Origin: Iphione sp. A-MEVVRFRX5
Taxonomy: Eukaryota
NCBI GenBank assembly: GCA_976226885.1
Contig: OZ320313.1
Span: 142,476,001-142,540,000 of the forward strand
Direction: 5' to 3'
Length of the DNA stretch: 64,000 nucleotides
The translations under genes and the position numbers were made by a program. The stretch's first letter is position 1. Each line of letters opens with the position of its first letter. Positions 1-12,519 of the stretch are shown one piece after another. The notes beneath the pieces are model-generated. The model did no database searches. It worked only from the letters and a program-made list of their open reading frames with translations, and was not told the DNA's origin.

Positions 1-3000
1 TACGAAATATTTATGGCTTTAATGTGTAAATGTGTTGATATTGAATGGAAATGTTGAATTATGAACACTTTCAATAAGCTGGTGTTGCTTGTAATACGTC
101 TATAAGTCTATACCCTTGGATATCAAACCAATCATCTTTTCCAATAGATACCCATATTTAAGTGGTGTTAGAAGCCTATCTACATGTTAATCCATGTGTG
201 TCGATTCAAACTTACCAGAGTTGATATTTGATAATACATAAGCACCTTAAAAAGCGTTTACAAATAAATACTTATTCTTACAGTGTAGGTACAATTGGGA
301 TCTTGGGTTTTTTAAGTCTACGTTCATTTCGCCCACTCTCTACTCTGTATTTGATACTGTACCAATTTTCCTGAGTACGGTTATGTACACCTCTTTCAGC
401 TACATTAATTGTCTCTGTCAGAATGTGCCTTCTCTGAAATTCCTCCAACCAGAGGGTGCACAAGATACAGAAGTAGAAAGATCTAACATTATCTTCCCTA
501 CTACGAACCGATAGTCGCCCGTCTGTCTGCCAAATCTGGCCCCGTCCTTTTCTCCTCTCCTCCTTGGCTGGCAGACCAGCATCCCATCCGCTACCCTCTC
601 GGGGACCTTATGGCAGCAATAAAGGGGCTCTTGTTTCCCAAGCAGGTCGTTAGGTGTCCATGTTTAGCTAGCTCTCCTCGGCTATGTGCACACCAATTGC
701 GGGGCGTCATATAGGTGCACGACCAAACCAGAGGTCGGCCGGCTCAACGGAAAAATCAATGCCAATTCCCAAACCACCACTATCCGGCGGCCTGCAAAAA
801 CCCAGTTCATTTTCATGCAGAAATTACGTCCTAAGACTTTACAATTATGCTTCCAGAATGTATGCGACCATGGTTTATCCGGGGAAGGACCCCTTCTTGT
901 TTTTATCTAACGACGTCACGTGAGAGTTTCATAGCTTATTGAACGCATAAGCAGTTTGAATTACAATTTGCATTATATGTACATGGACGATCTAATACTG
1001 TGCAAAGGTTAAAATGGACGTTCAAATCAAGATATTATATATAAGTCACTTTTGTCACGATCTGAAAAGCTCTGTACCTTATATCTGAGAGATATGAGAC
1101 AATAAACGTTTATTACTTTTATATAGGTTCAATGTTTTAACGCCGAATAAAATATTATCAGTTGCCTTACAAGTGAAGAGATGCATTATGAAGAGTTGCA
1201 ATATGATTAAAGTATGGTTGTGTTTGTTATCTTATAACAAATGACAGGTTGTCAATAGTTCATTTTGTTCTGTGTAAACTTTTATCAGAATTTACATATC
1301 GACATACAGATCCTCCTCTCGGTAATTCCCCTGAGTTGTGGTACAGCTTATATTTACATAGTCTTCCAAGTACCGTTGTCAGCGTTTCATCCTTTGAGCA
1401 TAACAGCACACGTATACGATACGTGATCACAGACAAAGGCAAAACAAGAAAAATGGGCCACTCCAGTTGGATGACGGATACCAGCACTCGGGAATCCGAA
1501 GGTTGTCAATGTCATTGAAATAGCATCACGAACTTCGTACGCTTGCCACCCTTCACATCTTTTAACACAGTAACCCACACTTACCATCACATAATATAAC
1601 AAGAATGAATATGACTACGAATGTAGATTTCTCCTCCCCGTTCTATGCAATTCGTGTAATAATGACTATGACAAGGAGTGATATTTTAAAATATGGCTCA
1701 ATCAGTAAGATGCAATTTTCTCACGTGAAAATTTAATCACAATATACTTAAAGTATGTTGTACAATAGCATACATGTTTTGTTTAGATAGTGATTGTGCA
1801 GAATGTGTTTTCTGAATGGACCCCTTCATGTAAACCGCTATCCCCATGTGCACAAACCTTCCAGACCCGCCACTCTGTGCATGGAGTGCGGGACATCCGG
1901 CCCAAACAGTTAAGATAGAACTATACCCATGTGCACTTACAACCTGTACACCACCTGCTGCATGCGGGATGATCAGTGTTGGTCCGGTCTTCCTGTACCC
2001 CACCACCTCATTCGTGTTGGGAATAGGCATTGAAGACATGAACAACCCATGTTAAATGTTTTGAAACATGTGTCATTTGTTCAAATTTGCATATCATTTG
2101 CATAAAAAACCACAAATTTTCCACTGACATGTCTTGCTTTCAACTAAAAGCCGCTAATTTTCCACCGATATGTCTCACTTTCAACAAAAGCATTCATTTT
2201 ACAGAATTTATCATATGTATATACTTTTTGTCATGTAAAACAGTGCATATAGTTTGCATACATGGGGGTAGACCTCATCACCTGTTGTGGGAAGGTGTGG
2301 GAAGCACGCACCATGCCACTAGTTGTGTGCGGACTATTTGCATCCTTGGCGATGGCGCTTTAGGCTTGTAGCAATTAAGGATGGCAGAGATGCACAACTG
2401 CTTTTCAAGTTTTTCTCTTGGATATTCCCCTTCTGTACCCTGTGTAAGTGATGCTTCCTTTGGATGTTCTACTACGTGCCTAGAGTGTTTCTTGTATTGA
2501 GCCATGACAAGTTCATTTTCTCGTGTTTATTTGAGCATTTGCTATGTGTACAATGTTTCTAACTTATTATAAACCTAGTAATGTTTGAGTCCTGAAACAG
2601 AACTATGCGCTAATGCACTATTTCTCCGTTGGAACTGATCTAGGATGATAATACGTCAAAGTTTGACCCTGGAAGGCCTGCAGCTAATCTTTATGTTTGA
2701 ATTACACGGCGCATAGGAAGGGCGGTGAGTATTCAAAGTGAGATTATAAAGGTATCTGGTACAACAAGATTTAGGCATGAAATTGGATTACATTCTTGAG
2801 GTTGCTCAGTAGGGAGCTCTTCATTATATCTTTGACATTAGTATCTTTTAGTTCTGTAACCCAACATATATTTTGGTCGTTGAAAGAAAACCTGAGTAAG
2901 ATTCCGTACTAGCATCACTTATAATTGAACCGTTTACTGCTTAGTAGAAGGTTGGAATTTGAGGATTTATAATGTGGGGTGGACACACCATTTAAGTGAT

Positions 3001-4999
3001 AATATGGAAATCAGAACTGCGCCACTCTTCAGATGACCTGCACAAAGTAATGCAGTTTATTACAATAATACATCGGCTGTTAAACCTTGTGGGCCAGCCA
3101 TATCCTCAGCAAATCACATCAGACAGGAACAAAATTGTTGATTGCTATTGAGAAGATTGAAATCCCTAGTAAAGAGCCTGCGGGACACTATGTCTGACTA
3201 AAATACACAGCCAATGTGCCTATACCGGTTCATTTATATGTAATGCTTTATGGCTACGAATGCTTTCAGAGATGGCCATTTGTTCCGATACATATAGTCC
3301 CTTCGTGTCTGTGATCTCTCTTTCCTTCTCTTCATATGCAGTGATCTCCTTGTTGGTAATTTTAGTGACCTGCGAATAATGGGTGACTGCAGTTCTGCCT
3401 TTGAAGTGAACACCTCGCCTTATTTGCACACACCAGGTACTTTCAAGAAATGACTGCCAAACCAGACGATTTGAAGAAAGAGAAACCTGCGTTTTGCAAA
3501 GTGTACTGACAAATGATTGCTATGCTTTTTACATTCTTTTCGAAGGATATAAGGGTTACAGGCAAAGTTGCCGCAAGGATTTTTACCCGAACGAATGCAG
3601 CAAAGTAAAGACGAGTGCCGAAATTAATTGGGATTTTTATGAGTGTTCGTTCCATATTGACTTTTGATCAGACGACTACACTCCATTTATGAATAGAAAC
3701 ATCACCTTTCACGGCACTTTTTTCAGGGGATCATACGCATTCTGAGTAAACAATGATAATTAATTTGAATGCCACCAAAAAAGGATATTTATATAATGGT
3801 CAAATGGTGGCTATTTATACGTTCATTTGACTGCCTAAAAATGAATGGGAAATCGCGTTTTCTCACCTCTTGAGGTAGGCGAAGGGCACCAAGAAGCACG
3901 TGGTATGAACAAAACCACCATCTCAGTGTACTACACAACCTCTCCCGACAATCTATATGTATGCTGGGTCTTGTTAATATGTAGCGATCAAGCTTACCAA
4001 GATCAGACAATTTTCCCCCAAACAAAAATGCACGTGTATTTTGATTAGCCTCATTAAACAGCGATATATGTGGTTCACTGGTATACGTTTCGTCATCATC
4101 ATTTCAGAAAGAAATGCTCATGCACCATCGTCCTCATTAGTTGTATCACCGCAGGGGATTACATCTAAATTATGGACGGCATACACACTAGTCCACCCTC
4201 TCGGGTACTGCACTTACATCGAATCTTGTTGTCAAACCAAGGTATAGTATTGGAACCCATCGGGTATTAGGTATGTAAACCACTCGACATTTCACCCTCC
4301 ATTAAAATCTCCCAGTTATATATAGCTCATTATCTCATGCCAGAGCCATACTGGTGTAATATATGTCCTTTTTTGGCTTTTTGTCGAAAAGTTGGTACTT
4401 AGAGTAATTGGGTTCAGTACTTCATTAGCTATAAACAGCAGAAACCTTCGAATGACACGAAGACACTGGCCTTACGTGGTCTTTCTGTTGAGATGTTCGC
4501 TGAAAGGTCTGTACCACGATGTAAATTGTGTGCGAACATAATTATTGGTACAAAGGTAAGCGCAGAGACGGCAGCGGCACACATCATAAGCAACATGACA
4601 TACGGATATGTCTAAAAGATACTTAAATCTTTCAATAGTCAATTGGGGCAACGAAAGCACACAATTCCTAGTGTCTGACCGCCATCATGAAGGAACATAC
4701 ATCTACTGACGTTCGTCAACATACTACCACTACAGCAGTAGCCACAGCAAATATAATATACTCAATACGATGTCCTGATCGACACCACAGCATAATGTTC
4801 TACGCTTGGTTCCTCTCCTCTTGTCCGGGACAGAGATATATGCCTACTGCACACATTCATGGAGCATCTCCTTCACCCAGACATGGAGGGTGACGGACCA
4901 TCCAAACATGTTACTGCAAATCGATATAATCTAAATATTCCATCAGAGACGCAATATTATTTATGAACTCGATGTCAACCTACACCACACAAATCCAGT

Positions 5000-6200
5000 T
5001 AAACTCAGAGGAAGTCCTCTAAACATCACAGGACACTGCATTCTTCAAATAACAAGAACCTACAATTTTGAGCTTTGCTAGATACCAAATGCACAAGGTA
5101 TCTAGGTGGATTGTAATCATGGTAAGGAAACAGTCCATGCAAGAATTTACGTGGCCACACCAGAGTATAGCATGACACCACTTACGCGACAGCAAATGGT
5201 TTGTTTGTATAAGATTACCTTATACAAGGATTTGACCCCCAAAACTAACTATTTTTTAAGCTGCATTGCTGGCATCTGGAAGATACACACCTATGTAGCA
5301 ACCCCGGGGTAGACGCCTTTCCTAACAGGCAAGACCCACCTATTGGTGCCAAGAATTACGTCAGACAAACTTGTGATCATTTTATTATTACACATCAGTT
5401 TGGTATAGAGAGTAATCAATGAACTCAAACATCAAAAACTAAACCCCCCTGTTCATCTTTGCCTAAACACGTATGTGTACAGCTATGACTCAAAATCTGC
5501 ATATCTAAAATCTGAATGAACTCATTTCCGAATGTTTTTCTGTGTAACCGGTCATAATTCACTGTTAATGTCCTCATAGATCGGAATGATCGCAAATGTG
5601 AACGGCCATATTTTAGTGAAATCATATATAAATTGACTCCAATATCTGAATGGATGCTCTTTCGTCCAACAACCTTAACGGGTGACAGGGTCTGTGACAG
5701 ATCGATTACAGGTGCGGAAGGGGTTCGCACGTACCACAGACACTCATTCACTATAAGCTCTGGATTTTCTTTGATGGGTCAAAGTATGTTTACCCCTGTG
5801 ACACTCCAAGTAATATGCATTATTTTAAGAAACCTTTGATAGAATGATCTAAATGTATAGAGCACCACCTCTGTTGAGCTGTAAAACTTGTCCTTTGATT
5901 GTCTTGAACATTTCTTCCATTAAGTCGAACCTGGGCATCGGACTCAATTTCACGTTTCCTTAACTGGAATATAATAAAGCTATGGTATCTGGACCAAAGA
6001 ATTGATAATGGAAGGTATCTGGTTAATGGAGTTCGCTGTACTGTGCATTTTGTTAACTAGAATAAGGTTGTGTTCCATCTGTATATACAAGAGTACATCT
6101 AGCTATCAATCAAGACCGATGGTGTTCATATTTTACCCATGTGTTTTCACTTACCCATATCTTTGTCCTGATGCCCATTCTAGCCTGGGGCCAAATAATT
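5000..6200 (-). mobile_element. Heavily decayed Tx1/L1-clade LINE ORF2 C-terminal region
   Basis: Frameshifted minus-strand peptides in the expected order: INF.WSRYH, LYYIPVKE, IESRCP.RL, FYQRFLK, NPELI, KSLYK, LYSGVAT and CPVMFRGL. These resemble Tx1 ORF2 motifs (FFW.G.HW, LP..EGG.GL..I.SR..AFRL, W..LYKP, HGA.ATN). Confidence 0.5.
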
Positions 6201-6649
6201 GGAATATGAAAAATTTGAAAAAGGAACAATTTTATGTCCCACAGCAGTTATTTTTATTTTAGGTCTTCATTGTGCATTACATCTTTAATTCTCTGCTTTT
6301 GTGGTAATTAAAGGTTTCTTAAAATAATGCATCAGGCCCGGAATTATAGTCTACTACTTGATTGTGCAGTACAGGATTAAAGGTTCTAAAGCAACATAGT
6401 GGTATTCTGTCGATTCGGTTTTTTGAAGAAAAATTATGATAAAATAGAAACATTTGCAAAAAAAATAAGAAGGATGACTAAAATCTAACATAGACACACC
6501 CTTTAGATGTCTGGGGAAGTTGTTTCCACATATACAGCCGAAATACAATACTCTCAATCTCAATCTATGAAACATCAGCCATTTCCGTTAAAATCGTTTG
6601 AGGCCACTTCCTCCCACCCTGGATAGTCTACGACATATCCACTGTATTT

Positions 6650-6850
6650 ATGCCCAAAAATCAGCAAATTTCAGGCACAGTCAGCCAAAACATTGCAAAA
6701 ACAAGGCAAGGTTGGCTGCAAAACAGTGAAATCCAGGCAGTCGACCAAAAAGTGGGAAAATGCCGGCAAAATCAGGCAAAAAATGGCAAATGCAGGAGAA
6801 GTTAACCAAAACAGAGCAAAATCAGGCAAAATCAGCCAAAAAAACATGCA
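6650..6850. repeat. Low-complexity (G/C)AAAA-rich degenerate repeat (GGCAAAATCA-like)
   Basis: Repeated GGCAAAATCAGGCAAAA / CAGCCAAAA words. Confidence 0.6.
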
Positions 6851-8229
6851 GATTTTGGATATTAACGTTCGGCGATATGAGTATTTCAACAATGAAATAT
6901 AATTGGTGCCAATCAAATCTGTTCAAATTTGGGATAGTTTGGTTTTTGAGTGTTTGGAGGATTGTATTTCAATTTACACTACAGGTTTTGGGTGCAGAGC
7001 ACCATGTTTAACCAAATCAGCTGTCAATAAAGGTTTTGGCGAAAACGCATGCACATTGTGTTCAGTGGAGCAGGTGCGGTACACTAAATTTTTGCGGTTT
7101 GTGAGTGTAGATACTGGAATAATTTATCAAAAGCTTTCAAAAGAGGTAGAATAATGCCTAAATATATGAAAGGAATAAAAATAAAACTACACTTACAGCA
7201 GTGGTGAGTCAGTCAGAATTTCTTTCGCTGTACTGCAGTCCACCTGTGGTATATTGTAGAGTACAGCAAAACTTATGCTGATTGATGCACCGCGACTACA
7301 TGGCAGTGCTGTTTAAATACCATAACCTATAACATATACAACTGTAGATTTATATTTAACGTTGGGATTGTTTTGGCCATATTTGAATTGGTAAAATTAA
7401 TTCTGCTGCCAATCGTTGATGCAGCGTACGAAGTTCCATGACAAAACAGCCAGGATCGTTGATATACATGCGAGACACAGAGGGGGCGACAGCGACATGT
7501 GACAACTTCTCAAATATTGACGGCCCAAAGTAATTATTAAGAAATTAATGTGATGAATTCATTACTGTTTTTATCATGACGAGGGCGGAAGCGTTGGTTG
7601 AATTTCTTTATATTGAGCCATTTCGAGAACGACAACAATGCAATCATTCACTGTAATGAGGAACCACTAAAAGCGGACACTGTAGATCTCTGAAAACAAA
7701 ACAGGTATAATTGGTGCTGGGGAAAAAACTACTAAAGGATCATTTAGTGCCGTTTCCGAATCTTCAGGACAACGACATTCATGCACGAGGTGACACGTGG
7801 TAGGTGTGTAGGCGCGGCAGGAAACAGGCGGGTGGTGTTAGTGATGATATCCATAGGTATGAACCTTATGAAAGGGGAACGTGTCGTGATGGTGCATTCA
7901 TATGGTACATGTATATAATCTAATCATATTAATCTACGATCATCAGGAAGCTGTTGTTAGTTTATCATGGATATAACCTAGAGGTGCATGACGTGTTAAT
8001 GAGAATGGTTTCATTTGCTCAACCTATGATTTTTTGTACAGTCTTTATGCATTTAAGGCTAGTTGAATACTCCATCCCTTGTCAAGGGTTATTCGTATAA
8101 TGATTAATTTTGGAACACTTTCGACTTCAATCCCTTGATGCTAGTGATTCACATAGGTCTGGGGCAAATTTGCAAACATTGTTGATATTGTTCAGTGATC
8201 AAAATGGATGGAAAGAGGTTTGTACGAAT

Positions 8230-8445
8230 TCAAGAACCTACATAAGCATTGTGGGCAAGTTGCTCTCAACTGCATAAATACTGCAACAATGCTGTAATGG
8301 TAATTTTAGGCAAGAAACTTGCACGTGTGCTTAAGTTCACTGATAAAATTAGTCCTGAAGCAACTATGCGGTATGCACATGCACATACCTATATATGTAC
8401 TACCATAAAAAAAAATCTGCTGAATTGGAGAACAGCCACTACAGA
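8230..8445 (+). mobile_element. Fragment of the same LINE family ORF1 as 31.2-33.0 kb
   Basis: 8373-8444 is the reverse complement of 32011-32083 at roughly 85% identity (manual alignment). Confidence 0.6.
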
Positions 8446-8599
8446 TAAGGATAAGCATGACTCTGATGCTTTAGGAACTTCAGTTGACATGTCATGTAGG
8501 CTTCAACTCCTAGAGCATCAGTGTGATGCACACAAGCACTGAAAAGTACTAGATCCTTGCTGAAGACTGAGTAAGACCAGTTCACAAGAGGGACCATGA

Positions 8600-9105
8600 G
8601 ACTATAGCAGTCAGTAAATGACCTGCACAAGTTTTGCCAGGCTGCACTCTCCTCTGAGTCTCATTCACTCAAAAATGAGATTATCTGTGTAAGGGAGTAC
8701 ACTTTCGAATAGCTTTCCAAGTTTATGAAACTATAATGTGTGTTCTGGCAGATTAATATTATGTGTGAGACAACAAAACCCTATAGGACATATTTATTAT
8801 GCATGAATCTGGAATATTTTATATGATATCATTTTATTTTGTATAATTGATATGTGCTTATTTGACTCTCACGTGTAGCTGCAATATAGTGATCCTGACT
8901 TGGGTGGGGACCATATGTAGATATGTTTTCCATCCAGTGCACCGACACAGTTGTGAAAGTCACACATTTCCTGGAAATTGGCCACTTTCAGACACCATTT
9001 GTCCTCAGTGGCTGGCATCTTAAGGTAATCGGGAATGAGTTGCTCATTGATAGCAGCAGCTGTCTCTCAGACACTTGCACAGCTGATCCTATACTGGCTA
9101 AGTAC
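8600..9105 (-). pseudogene. PIF/Harbinger transposase, exons 2-3 remnant (DDE core)
   Basis: Acceptor CATACAG|G TAC TTA GCC ((R)YLAS), then ETAAAINEQLIPDYLKMPATEDKW...FHNCVGALDGKHIYIWSPPKSGSLYCSY, the diagnostic Harbinger/HARBI1 GALDGKHI motif. A 92-nt intron (8781-8872) is followed by GFVVSHIILICQNTHYSF. Confidence 0.88.
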
Positions 9106-9129
9106 CTGTATGTGATTGTATGAAACATA

Positions 9130-10087
9130 TACAATGAAACCTCTCTTCAGTGGACATCGTTGGGACTTACTTAAAGCATCCATCGATTGGGGTGTCTGCT
9201 GTATCCGAGCCTCCCTTCTCCCTCTTTGTCACCTTAGATAGTAAGCGGGTCAAACTTGAAAATGATATCCCCTTCTCCCTCTTTTCCTACTGTGTCCCAG
9301 ATCATGCCTCCGATTTGCAAAATGAACCTGCAAATTTGCAGTATAAACCCACCTCCATGAGAGTGTAATCCTCGGTAAAAGCTGTAAAATCAGTGTTTGG
9401 GACTGCAAAATGGCTGTCCATAGGCAGGTCTATGCTGTGAGTGTCTGCAGTGACCAAGCAAGGTTAAACATGATATACATGTACAGAGGTTACTCCAAAT
9501 CCGAACACTCAAAAACCAAATTTTCCCAAATCAGAACGATATTTCTGGGAACCAAACGTATTTCTCTATTTAGACACTCATATATCCGAACGTTCCTATT
9601 CAAAATCTGAACGATTTTTGGACGAATTTGGATCATTTTTGGATGATTTTGGCTTAGTTTTGCCGATTTTCAGATGAATTAAGATCATTTTTGACCATTA
9701 TTTCAGGTTTAGAATAGATCACATTCATGATATGATTTAATTTTTATAGATATGCATAGTCAAAAGTAAGTTTCTGGGTGTTTTCTCTCCATTATTTCAG
9801 GTTTAGAATAGATCACATTCGTGATATGGATTAGTTTATTTTTGTAGGTATGAAAGGTGTTGAGGTAGGGCCTGGGGCCCCCCCTAACTGAGTGAAATTG
9901 ACAGTGGCCTCAGACCACTATTCGAAAATCCAAATTATCCCAAAACCGAATGATTTTGGCAGAAACGGCGATCGTTCTGTTTTGGAGTATCATCTGTATA
10001 TGGGATTTGTTTGGGATCGGAGTAAATATGTGTGTCGTAGGGGTCATCAACAGTGGCCAGGTGTGTGTAGACAGAGATTTCACTGTA
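9130..10087. mobile_element. Tc1/mariner (pogo/Tigger-like) MITE, outer element, interrupted by a second MITE
   Basis: TA-flanked imperfect TIRs TACAATGAAACCTCT / AGAGATTTCACTGTA. Its left ~55 bp is about 78% identical to the element starting at 63944. Confidence 0.7.
9482..9998. mobile_element. Tc1/mariner-type MITE (517 bp) nested in the 9130-10087 element
   Basis: 25-bp TIR TACAGAGGTTACTCCAAATCCGAAC versus the reverse complement TACAGATGATACTCCAAAACAGAAC (4 mismatches), with TA termini. It contains an internal ~32-bp direct duplication (CCATTATTTCAGGTTTAGAATAGATCACATTC). Confidence 0.82.
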
Positions 10088-10112
10088 TATTAACATTAGA
10101 TATTTTCTTTAT

Positions 10113-10559
10113 ATATTTCAGTTAACCACAACCAGAGTCCCAGGCAGTCCCCAACTCTCATCCCTAAGATGACTCCAGTCAGGAGACTGAGCAGATCCCA
10201 GATATCGAGGACTAAGAAATATCTGCTTCTACTCCTGCTCCTGACTCCAAAACACCCCAGCAATGGACTTAAAAGGTATCTTCTGCCTTATTTGGATCCC
10301 CCACACCAACAACCATGGGAGTGGTTTCCAAAAAGAGGTGAGGCAAAGAAGAGCCAGTTGAGGCAGCATTTTCAATGCATGCCAGCAACAGAAGGGGACA
10401 GCTCAGGAGAATTCCAGATATACAGAATTTACCAGAGATGAAAATTTCAATTACTGGTTCTACTATGCTCCTTGCATGGGCAAACTGAGCCCTGAGTTGA
10501 GGAGCATGGTGCAAGCACAGATATCTCAAATCTTCTTTAATGCTGAGAATTCTGGTTAG
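10113..10559 (+). pseudogene. BESS-motif exon of a MADF/Myb-SANT-BESS accessory gene (Harbinger ORF2-like), decayed
   Basis: An acceptor-like ttttctttatatatttcAG precedes a S/P/E-rich linker with stops, then (frameshift) EEPVEAAF..ACQQQK...DENFNYWFYYAPCMGKLSPELRSMVQAQISQIFFNAENSG*. This fits the BESS consensus (DE..F..S.AP.MKRL.P..K..V...I..I.F.AE). No MADF exon was found. Confidence 0.68.
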
Positions 10560-10734
10560 AGCGATGCATTCCAGCCATTGGTCAATTCCTGCAACCTGAC
10601 CCAATGCTAGTATTGCTACAAACCCAAATGCAACACTTTCAAACTGCAGTACCACAATCTCAAACTCCAATGCAACACATGTCACACTCACAGTCTCAAG
10701 ACAAACTCTGAATCACATGATATGATGGACATAT

Positions 10735-10910
10735 ACAGTAGTAGTGGTAGTAGTGGTAGTCACCTGATATAACATGTCATGTAATCATACATACATCATG
10801 TGTGAATACTCAGAAGGTTTTAATGAATACAAATAGATTGTATAAGAACAGTAGTGGTAGTGGTAGTCATTCAACATACTGTCATACAGTTATACAGACA
10901 TCATTTGTGT
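10735..10910. repeat. Diverged ~110-bp tandem duplication with GTAGTG microrepeat
   Basis: Two copies of ACAGTAGT(G)GTAGTGGTAGTCA...TGTCAT...ATACA(T/G)ACATCAT.TGTG. Confidence 0.6.
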
Positions 10911-11022
10911 CTACATGTACTTAGAATATGAATGTGCATTTATGTGCTAGACAAAAATATTATTGTTTACTAAATTCTTTGTATGAAATTTGTATGAACT
11001 CACATGAAATAACTTGAGCACT

Positions 11023-11344
11023 CTCTGCAAGAATAGGATTAACCTTTCCTCTGGGGTAATAGCTTGTCTTGTGGGAGAGTTCTTCTCCACCAAAACTCAT
11101 ACTTGGTTTAGAACTAATTGGAACTGGTCCACATGAAGCCAAAAAAAGGAGGAAACTGTGCAGGGTCTCATCCTATAGTCTCTGCTAGGTGGTGATAGAC
11201 ACCAAACTGGCTTCTTTCTGCCAACAAGTCCAACATAAAAAAATGATGACAGCACACTTTTCTCCTGAAAGGTATATAGTTGCAAGTGAGTTGAATAACA
11301 CATACAGCTTTCTCATCTGAGCTTGTATCACAGAGGTCGTCCAT
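11023..11344 (-). pseudogene. PIF/Harbinger transposase, exon 1 remnant
   Basis: Manual translation gives MDDL...RRKVCCHHFFMLDLLAERSQFGVYHHLAETIG*DPAQF..(frameshift)LHVDQFQLVLNQV*VLVEKNSPTRQAITPEERLILFLQ. This matches the Harbinger N-terminus (FG.YHHL..L..DP..F..YFR; R.AI.PEERL). Stops and a frameshift are present. Confidence 0.82.
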
Positions 11345-12344
11345 CGTGAACCGCTGCCAAACATGATCTATTCCTGTATTTTATACACAAGACATGCTAG
11401 GTGTCAGGGGGAGATGATAAAGCCTGGAGTCACTAATAGTCACTCACATGAAGACATTAAAATCTTTATATATAATGTAAACATAAGAGATATATCCGTC
11501 CTAGTGGTAGATAATTTCAAACAATTTTATACATACATAGTTGAGATACACTCTAACTTGAATGGTAATAAAGCAAATAGATTATATGAGATCAAAATTG
11601 TTTTTCAATGCACAAACTTGCAAATGGGAGAATACAACAGACATGGCCATGTACAAAACATCTGGTGTACACATCCTACATGCTAATTTCACATTGATCC
11701 ATCCATATACAGGCGTAAACACGCATATACAGCCATGAAAACGTGGACACAATAATACACTCAGGTCACTTTCATGGTGGATTAGAAGCACTACAAAGGG
11801 CAGCGGCCCTCAAAAACATGGCCCTGCAAGCACAGTCATGGGAACGTGCATACATGGAAATCAAGCTTTATACTATAGTGATAGGACCCTTGAAGTTAAG
11901 AAATGTGCACAAAGTACTTAATCACTGTTAGGAAACTTCTAACATGCAAATAAATGAGGCAAAAGCAGCAATATTTGAAAGACGTCCTTCCCAAACAATT
12001 CAGCTTTCGTCTAACTGTTAGTATCCCCACCACGACGTGGTGTTTTTTACATTTTGTGACGTTATATTACACTTAATTCAAACGGTATAGTTTTGTGATA
12101 TAGTCGGTAAACTATGCAAATATTTGTATGGCTCTACTAACAGTCACAATCAGTGAACTGGTTCTAGTCCTGCAGGAAAATAACAAGAAGGGTGTCTATA
12201 TTATAGCCATACATGTGCAATGCTGCATTGGCGAAATTAGTACCACATGCGATGTTAAACAAAACACATGTATTAAATAAATAAACCATAAATTGGTCTT
12301 AACACAGAAAAGTATCACAGCGGTGCTTTAAATATTCATATGAG

Positions 12345-12519
12345 TACAGTTAAACCTCACTGACTGACGATCTGATAAACGATAAAATACATACCTCCTG
12401 CTATCTTAAATGCTACCGATCCGTCAATTTTTTCTTAATATACTTTACTTGATATCCGACAAGGCATGTGTATCCGACAACATTAACTGCAATGCCGTGT
12501 TTACTGAGATGTGACTGTA
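12345..12519. mobile_element. Tc1/mariner-type MITE (175 bp)
   Basis: TA-CAGT termini with imperfect TIRs (TACAGTTAAACCTCACTGAC versus the reverse complement TACAGTCACATCTCAGTAAAC). Confidence 0.62.

Noticed and set aside
10269-10691. 140-aa hydrophobic-looking minus-strand ORF
   Set aside because: Antisense shadow of the plus-strand BESS exon and its Q/S/T-rich tail.
11400-11900. Harbinger terminal inverted repeats
   Set aside because: AAGCCTGGAGTCAC resembles a Harbinger end but faces the wrong way and has no partner; the element boundaries remain undefined.
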